In this document: positions 8,560 to 19,136 of the stretch, one piece after another
How positions within the stretch are numbered: the first letter of the stretch is position 1
How the letters are laid out: each line of letters opens with the position of its first letter
DNA from: an uncultured cyanobacterium
GTDB lineage: Bacteria > Cyanobacteriota > Cyanobacteriia > Cyanobacteriales > Nostocaceae
DNA length: 64,000 nucleotides
Direction: 5' to 3'
Assembly: GCA_963706595.1 (NCBI GenBank)
Contig: OY970166.1
Location: 3,328,001 to 3,392,000, forward strand
Made by a program: the position numbers and the translations under genes
The notes under the pieces: generated by a model
Databases searched by the model: none
Seen by the model: the letters and a program-made list of their open reading frames with translations, nothing else
What the model was told of the DNA's origin: nothing

Positions 8560-9570
8560 ATGTCATTTCTCAAAACTGTTGAATCCAAATTATTTCAATC
8601 TGAAATACCCTATAAACCAATGGGTAAATATGTCCATTTTCTCACTGTCCGCATCACTGAATCTTATCCTCTCTTTCAAACAGATGGAGAATTAAATAAA
8701 GCCAGAGTACGAGCCGGAGTCAAAGATAAGACTACAATTAGCCGTTTGTCAATGTTTAAACGCAAACAGTCTACACCAGAGCGTTTAGTTGGACGGGAAT
8801 TACTGCGTAACTATGGCTTGATGACTGCGGAAGAATGCGAATATAACGTTAGTTTTGCAATGGATAATCCTGATTGCATCATTTACGGTTTTGCTATTGG
8901 TGATTCTGGTTCTGAAAAATCTAAAGTTGTAGTAGATACCGCATTTTCAATTACATCTTTTGATCAATCACACGAAACATTTACTCTTAACGCTCCCTAT
9001 GAAAATGGTACAATGGCTTCTAAGGGTGAAAATGGTTCTAAACCGGGTGAAGTCACCAGTCGAATTAATCAGCAAGATCATATTATTCCACAGGTTTTCT
9101 TCCCTAGTATTGTCACCCTCAAAGACCCCACTGAAGCTAGTTTTCTTTACGTTTTTAACAATATCCTCAGAACGCGCCACTATGGAGCGCAGACTACCCG
9201 TACAGGTCGCGTTAGAAATGAGTTAATTGGTGTTGTATTTGCAGATGGAGAAATTACCAGTAATCTCCGTTGGACTCAAGCAATATATGATCAAATGAAG
9301 GCACAAAATACAATCAATCCTCCTGAACCTTTGGATGAAGATGATGTAATTACTGCTGCTAAAAGTGCAATTGAGGCTTTAATGGCTGATGAGTTTATTG
9401 TGCATACTGATTTCATTGGTGATGCTTTTTCACCTCTACTAAATGAAGTTAAAAGCATAGTGGGTGATGAAACAGGAATTAAGGCAGTTTTAGAAAAAGC
9501 TGATGCAGAAGCGAAAAATTATGCCAGTAAACATATTAGCAAAAAGAAAACTGCTGCTAAGGCTAAGTAA
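8560..9570 (+). CDS. cas7: Type I-D Cas7 (Csc2)
   Basis: RLSMFKRKQSTPERLVGRELLR, DCIIYGFA and YGAQTTRTG motifs. Confidence 0.93.
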   Translation: MSFLKTVESKLFQSEIPYKPMGKYVHFLTVRITESYPLFQTDGELNKARVRAGVKDKTTISRLSMFKRKQSTPERLVGRELLRNYGLMTAEECEYNVSFAMDNPDCIIYGFAIGDSGSEKSKVVVDTAFSITSFDQSHETFTLNAPYENGTMASKGENGSKPGEVTSRINQQDHIIPQVFFPSIVTLKDPTEASFLYVFNNILRTRHYGAQTTRTGRVRNELIGVVFADGEITSNLRWTQAIYDQMKAQNTINPPEPLDEDDVITAAKSAIEALMADEFIVHTDFIGDAFSPLLNEVKSIVGDETGIKAVLEKADAEAKNYASKHISKKKTAAKAK

Positions 9571-9575
9571 CAGCT

Positions 9576-10283
9576 ATGGCTATAATCTACCGATGTCAAT
9601 TAGAACTACACGACAGCCTCTATTTTGCGACTCGTGAAATTGGGCGACTCTACGAAACAGAGCCGATAATTCATAATTACGCTCTTTGTTATGCACTGGG
9701 TTTAGTTGATAGCGAAATCTACTCTACTACGGTGGCTGAAGAACATTCCTATCGCTATTTTTGCCCTGAACAAGTGCCAAAATATGAGGAGCATTTAACC
9801 CCACTTAATCAACAGGGGATTTATATTACTCCGGCTCGTTCTCTCAAGCATTCAGCCATTCTCAATACCTGGAAGTATGCTAACAACAACTACCACGTTG
9901 AAATGGAGAAAACACAGAAGAATATTCCTAGTTTTGGCAGAGCAAAGGAAATTGCGCCAGAAAGTCAATTTGAGTTTTTCGTAATTTCTCAAAAACAAGT
10001 TAAATTACCAAAATGGGTTCGTTTGGGTAAATGGATGAGTAAGGCTGAGGTGACGGTTGCAGAGTTACCTAAATCTAAAACTATTTCAGGTGTATTTACT
10101 TGTAAATATCCTTTAAATCCTTTAGATGTGATGTTTACTCATCAAGTTATTAGCTATGATGTGGTAAATATGCCTCCAGTTAGTCTGATTCAAAATGTGC
10201 AAATGCGCGGTGAATACTATCAGTTTGAGGGTATTCCAGAATTAAAGCTTCCGGCTAGGATGGAATATCGTTTTCAAGGTTAA
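9576..10283 (+). CDS. cas5: Type I-D Cas5 (Csc1)
   Basis: LYFATREIGRLYETEPIIHNYALCYALG and RLGKWMSK motifs. Confidence 0.92.
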   Translation: MAIIYRCQLELHDSLYFATREIGRLYETEPIIHNYALCYALGLVDSEIYSTTVAEEHSYRYFCPEQVPKYEEHLTPLNQQGIYITPARSLKHSAILNTWKYANNNYHVEMEKTQKNIPSFGRAKEIAPESQFEFFVISQKQVKLPKWVRLGKWMSKAEVTVAELPKSKTISGVFTCKYPLNPLDVMFTHQVISYDVVNMPPVSLIQNVQMRGEYYQFEGIPELKLPARMEYRFQG

Positions 10284-10559
10284 TCATTTGGCTTCTTGCA
10301 AAGGTCTTTTTTAGAAAGTTGAAACTGCGGTTTCAGTTAATAAATTAGTGCTTTTGCAGGAGGCGTATTCACAAGGTTGATGCAAAGGAATGAAGTTCTC
10401 TTTATTCTATTTGTGTTGTGAAGATGAACGAACCGCCAAGTCGCCAAGTGCGCCAAGGAATGACGGAGAAGATTTTAGGTTCGCGCGGGAGTGTGTCTGC
10501 AAGATTTATGATTACTGGTAGATATTTATTTTATTCTTCTATTGCTCTCTATACTGACT

Positions 10560-11171
10560 GTGAAACACTTTCAACAACAACCCAACGCTTTCCCTAGCGA
10601 ATACCTAAATAATTTATGGGGAGAAATTCAAGCTTGTCGCTATTTTGCTATCAATAATCTCAACCGCGATTTTGTCGGGACGAAGGGATTTTCTGTAGTA
10701 TTCAGGCGATCGCACATCCCCACAGTACAAGAAAAGTTCCCCTACTTCAAATCATACCTCGATTTGGCTCTGCAACCGGGTTGTAATGCTTTTTACCTCA
10801 ATCCGTTACAACTCAAGGAAGGTTCCCGTGTAGACCCGCACATTGACCGCTCGTTGCGTTCTTACTGCAAAACCATTGAACCGCCGGCAGTTGTCAGCGT
10901 TCTTTATGTGCGCTTACCTGAAAATATGGAAGGGGGAGAATTGGTACTGAAGTCGCAGAAACGCCAACTGGGACAAATTAAGCCCCAGGTAAATACTTTA
11001 GTTTACTTCCAAGGTGATTTAACCCACTCTGTCAACGCTGTGAAAACTCCGGGAAATCGCTTGAGTTTGGTTTGTGAACAGTATAGTTTGAGTGAAGCGG
11101 AACTTGCAGAAATCCCAGAATTTACTGTGGAATCAAGAATTGTTCAGTCCACAACAAAAAAACGCAAGTAA
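10560..11171 (+). CDS. 2OG-Fe(II) oxygenase superfamily protein inside the cas operon
   Basis: HxD (PHIDRS), GGEL, distal H (LTHSV) and R (NRLSLV); likely GTG start at 10560. Confidence 0.85.
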   Translation: MKHFQQQPNAFPSEYLNNLWGEIQACRYFAINNLNRDFVGTKGFSVVFRRSHIPTVQEKFPYFKSYLDLALQPGCNAFYLNPLQLKEGSRVDPHIDRSLRSYCKTIEPPAVVSVLYVRLPENMEGGELVLKSQKRQLGQIKPQVNTLVYFQGDLTHSVNAVKTPGNRLSLVCEQYSLSEAELAEIPEFTVESRIVQSTTKKRK

Positions 11172-11261
11172 ATTTCTGACTTTTAAATTCAAACCCAATT
11201 ACGAATTACGTTCGCGCAGCGTTTCCGAAGGAAATATTACGAATTACGAATTATTGAAAAT

Positions 11262-12089
11262 ATGCCTCATAGCTTAGTTCTCAACCTACTTCCGCAATCG
11301 TCTATCCCATCCCAGTTTCTCACAGGGAGACATCTGCACGCACTATTTTTGACCCTTGTTAGTTCTGTAGATCACGCATTAGGCGATCGCCTACATGATT
11401 CTACCGCAGATAAAGCCTTCACCCTCTCACCCCTACAAACTAATTTCCCGTCTCAGGGAACTAGGGGAATATCTAAATTGCAACACTCACATCAACAACC
11501 CATTTCCGCCGGAACCCCTTGTTGGTGGCGCATTTCTCTCTTAGATGACACACTTTTTAGCGAACTTACTCAACTCTGGCTGAATCTTAACCCCAATCAT
11601 CCTTGGCATCTTGGCCCTGCTGACTTGTATATTACCAGCATTCAAGGCACACCCCAATCTACCCAACCCTGGGCAAATGCCTGTAGCTATACCCAATTAT
11701 ACGAGCAAGCCAGCGATCGCGATCGCGCCATTGACTTTATTTTCTCCACACCTACCGCCTTTCGCCAAGGAAAATTTGACACTACCCTTCCTACGAGAGA
11801 ATGTGTTTTCAATTCCCTGCTTTCCCGGTGGAATAAATATAGTGGAATCGAATTTTCTCAATTTTCCATCGAGTCAATATTTCCCTCCTTTGTCAACATT
11901 CGTACAGAAATATTAGCAGACTCCCGCAGCAAATTTATCGGCATTGTCGGAGAAGTTAATTATCGGATTTTAGGTGAAATTGAACCCATACAAATTAAAC
12001 AAATTAACGCTTTAGCCGAATTTGCTTTATATGCAGGTGTAGGACGAAAAACACCAATGGGTATGGGGATGATGCGGCGACGACATTAA
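11262..12089 (+). CDS. cas6: CRISPR-associated endoribonuclease Cas6
   Basis: GRHLHALF, FSTPTAFRQ and C-terminal GVGRKTPMGMG loop. Confidence 0.95.
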   Translation: MPHSLVLNLLPQSSIPSQFLTGRHLHALFLTLVSSVDHALGDRLHDSTADKAFTLSPLQTNFPSQGTRGISKLQHSHQQPISAGTPCWWRISLLDDTLFSELTQLWLNLNPNHPWHLGPADLYITSIQGTPQSTQPWANACSYTQLYEQASDRDRAIDFIFSTPTAFRQGKFDTTLPTRECVFNSLLSRWNKYSGIEFSQFSIESIFPSFVNIRTEILADSRSKFIGIVGEVNYRILGEIEPIQIKQINALAEFALYAGVGRKTPMGMGMMRRRH

Positions 12090-12108
12090 CCACAACTTAA
12101 ACCAAATC

Positions 12109-12702
12109 ATGAAAAATACTGAATATATCGAGATAGCAGCTTTGAACCAATACGCCTATTGTTCCCATCGCTGCTGGCGGATGTTTTGTGCTGGCGAATT
12201 TGCCGACAATCAATATACAATTGAAGGTACAGCTTTACATGACAGAGTTCACACCACAGGCGATATTGAAAAAGAAGATACTTGGCAAATACGAGCAATT
12301 TATTTGAAGTCAGAAAAATATAAACTCATCGGTAAATCTGACTTAATCGAAGTCGTCTCAGGTGAATATTATCCTATTGAATACAAACGCGGACGTAAAG
12401 GTGAATGGGATAACGATGAATTGCAAGTTTGCGCCCAAGCATTATGTTTAGAAGAAATGACAGGGCAAACTATCAACATCGGATATATCTATTATGCTCA
12501 TTCCCATCAACGGCAATTAGTCGAGATTAATCAAGAACTTAGAGAAAGTGCGATCGCTACCATTGCAGCCGTGACAAATTTACTTGAAACTGGCACAATG
12601 CCACCACCATCTTACAGTAAAAGGTGCAAAGGTTGTAGTCTTTATTCGCAATGTTTACCCAAAGCATCTGACAAGTTAAGAAACTATCAAGAAGCCAATT
12701 AA
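12109..12702 (+). CDS. cas4: CRISPR-associated Cas4
   Basis: YC..R, GKSD..IEYKRG, Q..AQALCLEEM and C..C.....C cluster. Confidence 0.95.
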   Translation: MKNTEYIEIAALNQYAYCSHRCWRMFCAGEFADNQYTIEGTALHDRVHTTGDIEKEDTWQIRAIYLKSEKYKLIGKSDLIEVVSGEYYPIEYKRGRKGEWDNDELQVCAQALCLEEMTGQTINIGYIYYAHSHQRQLVEINQELRESAIATIAAVTNLLETGTMPPPSYSKRCKGCSLYSQCLPKASDKLRNYQEAN

Positions 12703-12821
12703 TTTCAGGTTTGTAACTTGGTAGAAAATACAGAACCTCACCCCCAACCCCTCTCCTTAGTAAGGAGAGGGGAGTCTTTGACGCAACTTTGAGGAAATTT
12801 TATTAAATTTTGGAGAAAATT

Positions 12822-13823
12822 ATGGGAACAGTTTACGTCACACAAGAAGAAGCCTATATTGGAAAAGTTGATGAAATTCTGATTGTCAAAGCTGATAAAA
12901 AGACAGTTTTCGACGTACCTCTGATTAAAGTTGATGGTTTAGTCATCATGGGGAGAGCTAATATTTCCCCGGCGGCTATTTCTGAACTGATTTCTCGAAA
13001 AATTCCCATTACTTATCTCAACTTTAATGGCAAATTTCTCGCTCGTTTAGAACCCGATATGGGTAAAAATATTTTTGTCAGAAATGCTCAATGGAAAGCC
13101 GCCGGCGAATCAGCACAAGCAGTCCATGTTACTCAAGGTTTTGTCAGGGGAAAACTCAAAAATTATCGTCAATCTTTATTACTAGCACAACGCCGTTATG
13201 ACCTAGATTTAAACTCTAATATTACTCAATTATCTCATGCGATCGCATCCCTAGAGCAAGCCAAAACAATTAATTCTCTCAGAGGTTATGAAGGCGCTGG
13301 AAGTGCAGCATATTTTGGTTGTTTTAATCAACTAATTCGGGTAGATAACTTTAGCTTTTCCACCCGCAACCGTCGCCCACCCACAGATCCAGTAAACTCC
13401 CTTTTGAGTTTAGGTTATTCCCTACTGCGTCACGATATCCAAGGCGCATTAAATATGATTGGTTTTGACCCTTATTTAGGATACCTGCACACAGAACGAT
13501 ATGGTAGACCTTCACTAGCACTAGATTTAATGGAAGAATTTCGACCATTAATCGTAGATGCTGTAGTTTTAGCTGCAATTAATCGCCGGATGTTAGCACC
13601 AAAAGATTTTATTACTGAACCTGTTAGTGGTGCGGTTTCACTTACTAAGGAAGGATTGCATAATTTTCTGCGATTATATCAAGAAAAGAAGCTGAGTAAA
13701 TTTAAACATCCAGTCTTGCAGAAACAATATACCTATCAAGAAACCTTTGAGATTCAAGGACGTTTCCTCGCTAAATATCTCCTGGGAGAGATTGACAAGT
13801 ATCCCCCATTAGTAATGAGATAA
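12822..13823 (+). CDS. cas1: CRISPR-associated endonuclease Cas1 (I-D)
   Basis: LRGYEG, RNRRPPTDPVNSLLS, GYLH and LALDLMEEFR motifs. Confidence 0.96.
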   Translation: MGTVYVTQEEAYIGKVDEILIVKADKKTVFDVPLIKVDGLVIMGRANISPAAISELISRKIPITYLNFNGKFLARLEPDMGKNIFVRNAQWKAAGESAQAVHVTQGFVRGKLKNYRQSLLLAQRRYDLDLNSNITQLSHAIASLEQAKTINSLRGYEGAGSAAYFGCFNQLIRVDNFSFSTRNRRPPTDPVNSLLSLGYSLLRHDIQGALNMIGFDPYLGYLHTERYGRPSLALDLMEEFRPLIVDAVVLAAINRRMLAPKDFITEPVSGAVSLTKEGLHNFLRLYQEKKLSKFKHPVLQKQYTYQETFEIQGRFLAKYLLGEIDKYPPLVMR

Positions 13824-13836
13824 CTCCCTACACCCC

Positions 13837-14109
13837 ATGTTTGTAGTAATTTCCTACGATATTTCAGAAGACAAGCGCCGCACCAAAGTTCACAAAATTC
13901 TCAAGTCTTACGGACAGTGGATGCAATATTCTGTATTTGAATGCGACTTAACCAAGACTCAGTATGCTAAACTGCGATCGCGCTTGTCTAAAGTCATCAA
14001 ACCTAACGAAGACAACATCCGTTTTTATTTCCTCTGTGCTTGCTGTCAGGGAAAAGTTGAGCGCATCGGCGGTGATATGCCAAGAGACACCACAGTATTT
14101 TTTGCCTGA
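13837..14109 (+). CDS. cas2: CRISPR-associated Cas2
   Basis: VVISYDI..KRR..QYSVFEC motifs. Confidence 0.96.
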   Translation: MFVVISYDISEDKRRTKVHKILKSYGQWMQYSVFECDLTKTQYAKLRSRLSKVIKPNEDNIRFYFLCACCQGKVERIGGDMPRDTTVFFA

Positions 14110-14362
14110 GTTTTGCGTCAACCAGTAGGTGTTTTTTTGAACATTGAAAATTTTACGCCTGTAATCCTTACCTCATCTGGTTTTGAACCCTCTCACACCT
14201 AATTTGAGGTTGACGCAAACTCCCAAACTCTTGCTATCAAAGCTTTTGAGCTATTTATTCCTCTGTCTCTCTTGACAACCCAATCGCTGAAAAGCTATAT
14301 TCATTTTAGATTGACGAAACAGCACCTTGAAAACCAAATATATCAACGCTTTCAACTGCGGG
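14110..14362 (+). promoter_or_regulatory. CRISPR leader
   Basis: Between cas2 and first repeat; inverted TTTGCGTCAACC/GGTTGACGCAAA arms at 14112-14123 and 14208-14219. Confidence 0.8.
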
Positions 14363-15353
14363 GTTCCAATTACTAATAATCCCTATCAGGGATTGAAACC
14401 AATGATTATGAAGCTGCTGCTATGGTTACAGCCTTCCAATTACTAATAATCCCTATCAGGGATTGAAACCAAAATTAAGGCAGAGGTTTCAATGTAAGGT
14501 TGAAAGTTCCAATTACTAATAATCCCTATCAGGGATTGAAACTTATCTTTGTATTTGTCGGGTAAAACACTTAACAGTTCCAATTACTAATAATCCCTAT
14601 CAGGGATTGAAACAAATACTTAGGGCAAATGCTAGCGGGTGAATTATCTGTTCCAATTACTAATAATCCCTATCAGGGATTGAAACTTTAGTATCCACTT
14701 GTTTCAGCAAACACTCGCTTAAGTTCCAATTACTAATAATCCCTATCAGGGATTGAAACACTATAATTTAATAGAAGAAAAGTGGGGAGACTCAGTTCCA
14801 ATTACTAATAATCCCTATCAGGGATTGAAACAATGGCATATCTTCATCCTCTTCTGTTGGTTCTGGGTGTTCCAATTACTAATAATCCCTATCAGGGATT
14901 GAAACTGAAGCCACGTATGAATCTGGAAATTTTGTATTCAAGTTCCAATTACTAATAATCCCTATCAGGGATTGAAACTAAGCAATTTGACCGTGAGCGG
15001 GGGACAGGTGACACGTGTTCCAATTACTAATAATCCCTATCAGGGATTGAAACCGCCGACTCTGAAGGTGAATGGGTAGCTTGGATTGGGCATCGTTCCA
15101 ATTACTAATAATCCCTATCAGGGATTGAAACGCCAGTATTCAGAGGTAAGCTCATCATTCCAATCAAGTTCCAATTACTAATAATCCCTATCAGGGATTG
15201 AAACGGGCAAATTCACGATGGCTTGCCACAGGCTACCAGTTCCAATTACTAATAATCCCTATCAGGGATTGAAACAGCAGTTCTTTTCCTTGTATTTGAA
15301 TGTATATTTGCCACATGTTCCAATTACTAATAATCCCTATCAGGGATTGAAAT
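14363..15353 (+). CRISPR. Type I-D CRISPR array, 14 repeats and 13 spacers
   Basis: 37-nt repeat GTTCCAATTACTAATAATCCCTATCAGGGATTGAAAC; spacers 33-41 nt; repeat 2 starts with C; last repeat ends GAAAT. Confidence 0.98.
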
Positions 15354-15477
15354 AAGAAAGAAGAAATTTGTATTTTCTAGAGTCCGCGCAGGCGGACTTT
15401 GTTTGTGTAGCCGCGATTTCTAATCGCCCGTGATATTTGCTTTGCGTCTTTGCGCCTTTGCGTGAAACTAACTCTTA

Positions 15478-15835
15478 GAGGATGTTTTAAAAGTAGTTAG
15501 CTGTAATGTTAAGCACGAGTCAATCCCCCCTAGCCCCCCTTAAAAAGGCAGGGCTGTTTCATTCCATCAGGAGGGAGGATTTGTCAATATCATTAGGGAT
15601 AATTTTTGGGACAGAAGTCATGGAAAACCTACATTTCAATCCAAAAAATTCAAATTTTTCTCAGGATATTTAGAGCGATTGCTTTAAATATCCCTTGACA
15701 TAATAAGCCTTTGAGGGAATGAAACAGCCCTGCCTTAAAAAGGGGGGAACTAGAATCAAAGTCCCCCTTTCTAAGGGGGATTTAGGGGGATCTAAAACGT
15801 TTTGCTACTAAAAAAAAGACTTTTAAAACATCCTC
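15478..15835. mobile_element. MITE with IS5-like ends, carrying a nested insertion
   Basis: TIR GAGGATGTTTTAAAAGT / ACTTTTAAAACATCCTC; TTA on both flanks. Confidence 0.75.
15549..15732. mobile_element. 184-bp MITE, IS4-like, nested in the previous element
   Basis: 17-bp perfect TIR CAGGGCTGTTTCATTCC; 11-bp target duplication CCTTAAAAAGG at 15538-15548 and 15733-15743. Confidence 0.85.
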
Positions 15836-15899
15836 TTAAAAAAAATCAACCTCCCACAAAAATAACATTTGCAAAAGGTTGATTAAATTCGATTAAAAA

Positions 15900-17942
15900 T
15901 TACTGCTCAATAATTGGGAGAATAGGCTCAAATACTTCAGGCTCAGGATTGAGAACATACTGCCAATTTTGAATTTGCTGTTGCGCCGTACTGTAAACAG
16001 AACTACTGCGAGGAATCAACTTAGCAGTCTCAATAGCACGAGGAATATTAACCTCACCCTGAGAACGGGCAATATCTAACAATTGCTGACTCCATTGATT
16101 AATAGCAATATTCGCATCCATCCGCAACGTGCTACTTCTGGGAACCCTATCAGCCAGTCCTATAGCCTGAGACAAAGCTTCTGGTGTACTAGCAGCAGCC
16201 ACCTGCGTCGCTCGACTCCAATTTTCTCTAGCGCGGATTTGCCCTTGCCAATCATCTATAGCCCTCCTCGCTTCACCAGCAAGCGATCGCCCAGATGATA
16301 CAATTGGCTGAACAGTATTAATCGCAGCCGTCAAATCCCCACCCCGTGCCAGCATTCTTGCTTGATCTAACAATGGCTGATCTTGTATTCTTTGAACAGT
16401 TGCTGTCCATGTGCTAATTTTTCTCTGTGCTTCCGAATACAAAGCCCTACCCCTGCGGATTTGTCCAGCCTCAGATATAGCAGCTTGCAAAGAATTCAGA
16501 TCATTTAACCATGCCAATTGTTGAGCGCGTTCCAAAATCGGTCTATCTTCAATAGTCTCCACTTGGTTACGCCAACGGTTGACTTCCTTCCTCGCTTCAG
16601 AAGCGCGAGGATTACTAGAAGAAATCATCTGGACTTCACTAATCGCTGCCGTTAAATATTCAATAGTCCCTTGGCTAGCAAGTGTCCGGGCTTTTTCTAA
16701 CCGCGCCACATCTTCAATTTCCATTTGCCAACGAGCAATCAACTGCTGCGCTTCACCATAATTTGACCTGGAAACATCAACTTGTTGCGCCTGAAAGATA
16801 GCCGTTTCCAAACCAGACACAGTACCAATCCAGGCATTCCTTTGGGCATCAGTTAAAGCTATAAAATCTGATATTTCTGATTGTAACTTAGTCTGATCTG
16901 GAATTTGTCTAGCAATATCTAAAGCTGTATTCGCGTCCCGCCTATCCAGACTTGCCTGTGCCAAATCCAGCATTTTCCGGCCAATTTCAGGAATCAACTC
17001 CTGGGCTTTTGCATACAAGTAACTTTCTGATTTAATAGACTCAGATATTTTAATCGCTTCCAGTAAATTATTTACTACTTTGCTATTTGCTAAACGTTCA
17101 GCATTTGCTAACTTATCACCATCTTCTCGTGCAGAATTAATCAAGTTATTTAACTGATCATACTTAATACTTGACCAGTATTGATTATCCACACGCAGTA
17201 ATCTAGCCGATAGCATAAATGCCGAATGCCAACGCCGTTCTTGTAGTTCCTCTTCGGCATTCTCATATACACCTTCTGCCTGAGACCAAATCAACTCCCA
17301 CTTAGTAATTTGCTCATCCACTAATTGATAAGCCGGCAGTTCATTTGGTATTTTACGCGCAGTTGCGATCGCTTCCTCCAAATTTCCCGCTTGAAAACTC
17401 TGGTCTGCAAGCTTTAAAATATCCCGTGACCATTCCTTTAAATACCGATCAATTTCTGAGCGCAACGGGTGATCATCTGGTATTTTACCTACAATGGCGA
17501 TCGCTTGCAGTAAATCATTCACATTCTGCTTAGAAGCCGATATCTGAGCGCAATGTAACTTCACCGCAGCACTGACAAAAGGTCGAGAAATCCCAGGACA
17601 ACTGGGGGCGCTGGGCAGCTTCAGCAGCATAGCCATCGCCACAAATCCCACACTGCCAGGAATGAATGTCAACATTAACACCCACAAAACCCAGCTTTTC
17701 ATCCAGCGTCGGGATTTCCCAGCAATTCTAGTAGGTAAACTAGTTTCTGCTGACTGATTATTTAAAGGTAATTCCGCACTGTCTTGTGTTTGTCGCTTCA
17801 CTGATTTAGAGGTAGAACCAGAAGCCGAGACACCAAATGCTTGAGATTCACCGAATTGTGGCGTTCGGGATAATCTGGTCATATCATCTGGCTCTCCGGC
17901 TCTGGATGGGGGCCAACGTTCTGGAATATCCCGCTCTGTCAT
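15900..17942 (-). CDS. Conserved cyanobacterial membrane-anchored helical-repeat protein
   Basis: 680 aa; one hydrophobic segment near aa 85-108, then recurrent 'AI..A..IP....Y..AQ..I..W' repeats. Confidence 0.75.
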   Translation of the reverse strand: MTERDIPERWPPSRAGEPDDMTRLSRTPQFGESQAFGVSASGSTSKSVKRQTQDSAELPLNNQSAETSLPTRIAGKSRRWMKSWVLWVLMLTFIPGSVGFVAMAMLLKLPSAPSCPGISRPFVSAAVKLHCAQISASKQNVNDLLQAIAIVGKIPDDHPLRSEIDRYLKEWSRDILKLADQSFQAGNLEEAIATARKIPNELPAYQLVDEQITKWELIWSQAEGVYENAEEELQERRWHSAFMLSARLLRVDNQYWSSIKYDQLNNLINSAREDGDKLANAERLANSKVVNNLLEAIKISESIKSESYLYAKAQELIPEIGRKMLDLAQASLDRRDANTALDIARQIPDQTKLQSEISDFIALTDAQRNAWIGTVSGLETAIFQAQQVDVSRSNYGEAQQLIARWQMEIEDVARLEKARTLASQGTIEYLTAAISEVQMISSSNPRASEARKEVNRWRNQVETIEDRPILERAQQLAWLNDLNSLQAAISEAGQIRRGRALYSEAQRKISTWTATVQRIQDQPLLDQARMLARGGDLTAAINTVQPIVSSGRSLAGEARRAIDDWQGQIRARENWSRATQVAAASTPEALSQAIGLADRVPRSSTLRMDANIAINQWSQQLLDIARSQGEVNIPRAIETAKLIPRSSSVYSTAQQQIQNWQYVLNPEPEVFEPILPIIEQ

Positions 17943-18080
17943 CTCTCACACCAAAATAGTTGAATAGCGATCTGTTTTAGGCTGATAATTCCAATGCTGC
18001 CATAGTAAAAGCTACTTGATTGAATATCCTCTGACCACAGATAGCATGAATTTTATCAGCTTTTAGTATTTATTTATACT

Positions 18081-18986
18081 TTAACCAGAAACGGAAGATT
18101 CTGTTTGCAAATCAACAATTAGCTGCGCCAAGTGATGACTATTTGCCTGATAAACTTCACCGCAAAACTCACAAATTGCCTCAGCACCATCATCTTTGAT
18201 AATCATGTCTTGCAACTCCTCTGCTCCCAGGATTTTCAGCGCCCCTAGCACACGGTCAAAAGAGCAGCCACAGTGGAAGCGCAACATTTGACGTTCAGGA
18301 AATATTGACAGCCCCATATCTCCCAGCAAATCATTAAAAATTTCTGGCAACGTCTTTCCAGCTTGTAGCAATGGTGTAAATCCAGACAAACTAGCCACCC
18401 GTGATTCCAGTATTTCCACCAAAGCTTCATCCCTCGCCGCTTTCGGTAAAACTTGCACAAGCAACCCTCCCGAAGCCGTTACACCACTTGCTCCCACAAA
18501 TACACCTAAAACCAAAGCCGAAGGCGTTTGTTCAGAACTAACTAAGTAATGAGCCACATCGTCGCCGATTTCTCCCGATACTAGTTCCACCGTACTAGAG
18601 TAAGGATAGCCATAACCGATATCTCGCACTACGTACAGATAACCGTTACCGACTGCACCACCAACATCAAGCTTACCTTTGGCATTAGGAGGCAATTCCA
18701 CCGATGGATTAGCCACATAACCGCGTACAGTGCCATCCAAGCCAGCATCTACCAAGATACCACCCAAAGGACCATCGCCCTTCACCCGGACATTCACCCT
18801 AGAACCAGGACGCTTCATACTAGAAGCCATTAATAAACCCGCCGACATACTCCGCCCCAGTGCAGCAGTTGCCACATAAGACAGCTTGTGACGTTGCCGT
18901 GCTTCTTCCGTTAAACGAGTGGTAATCACACCCACGGCACGAATTCCACCGTCGGCAGCTGTGGCACGAATTAATTGGTCAGCCAT
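18081..18986 (-). CDS. hslO: Hsp33 redox-regulated chaperone
   Basis: MADQLIRATAA start; CGCS and CEFC zinc motifs. Confidence 0.93.
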   Translation of the reverse strand: MADQLIRATAADGGIRAVGVITTRLTEEARQRHKLSYVATAALGRSMSAGLLMASSMKRPGSRVNVRVKGDGPLGGILVDAGLDGTVRGYVANPSVELPPNAKGKLDVGGAVGNGYLYVVRDIGYGYPYSSTVELVSGEIGDDVAHYLVSSEQTPSALVLGVFVGASGVTASGGLLVQVLPKAARDEALVEILESRVASLSGFTPLLQAGKTLPEIFNDLLGDMGLSIFPERQMLRFHCGCSFDRVLGALKILGAEELQDMIIKDDGAEAICEFCGEVYQANSHHLAQLIVDLQTESSVSG

Positions 18987-19136
18987 GAAAAACCTTACAT
19001 TTCTTAACAAGTCTACATTTTCTATTCTAAATTCTCATCTAGCAGAAAAACGCCACTGTGATTCGTGATTGTATTTGCAATACTAGAACTACAACGCCCT
19101 AAAAGTCAGTCCTGACCTTTAAACAATTATTAAAAA

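Noticed and set aside
10291..10364. GTTGAAAC handle-like octamer after cas5 as a possible second crRNA-like element
   Set aside because: No repeat hairpin or second repeat; it lies inside a degenerate inverted-repeat remnant (GCTTCTTGCAAAGG / CTTTTGCAGGAGGC)
14400..15316. Self-targeting by main-array spacers
   Set aside because: No match noticed elsewhere in the window by eye; not exhaustive, needs an alignment
15900..17942. ATPase label sometimes given to this protein family
   Set aside because: No Walker A or B motif visible
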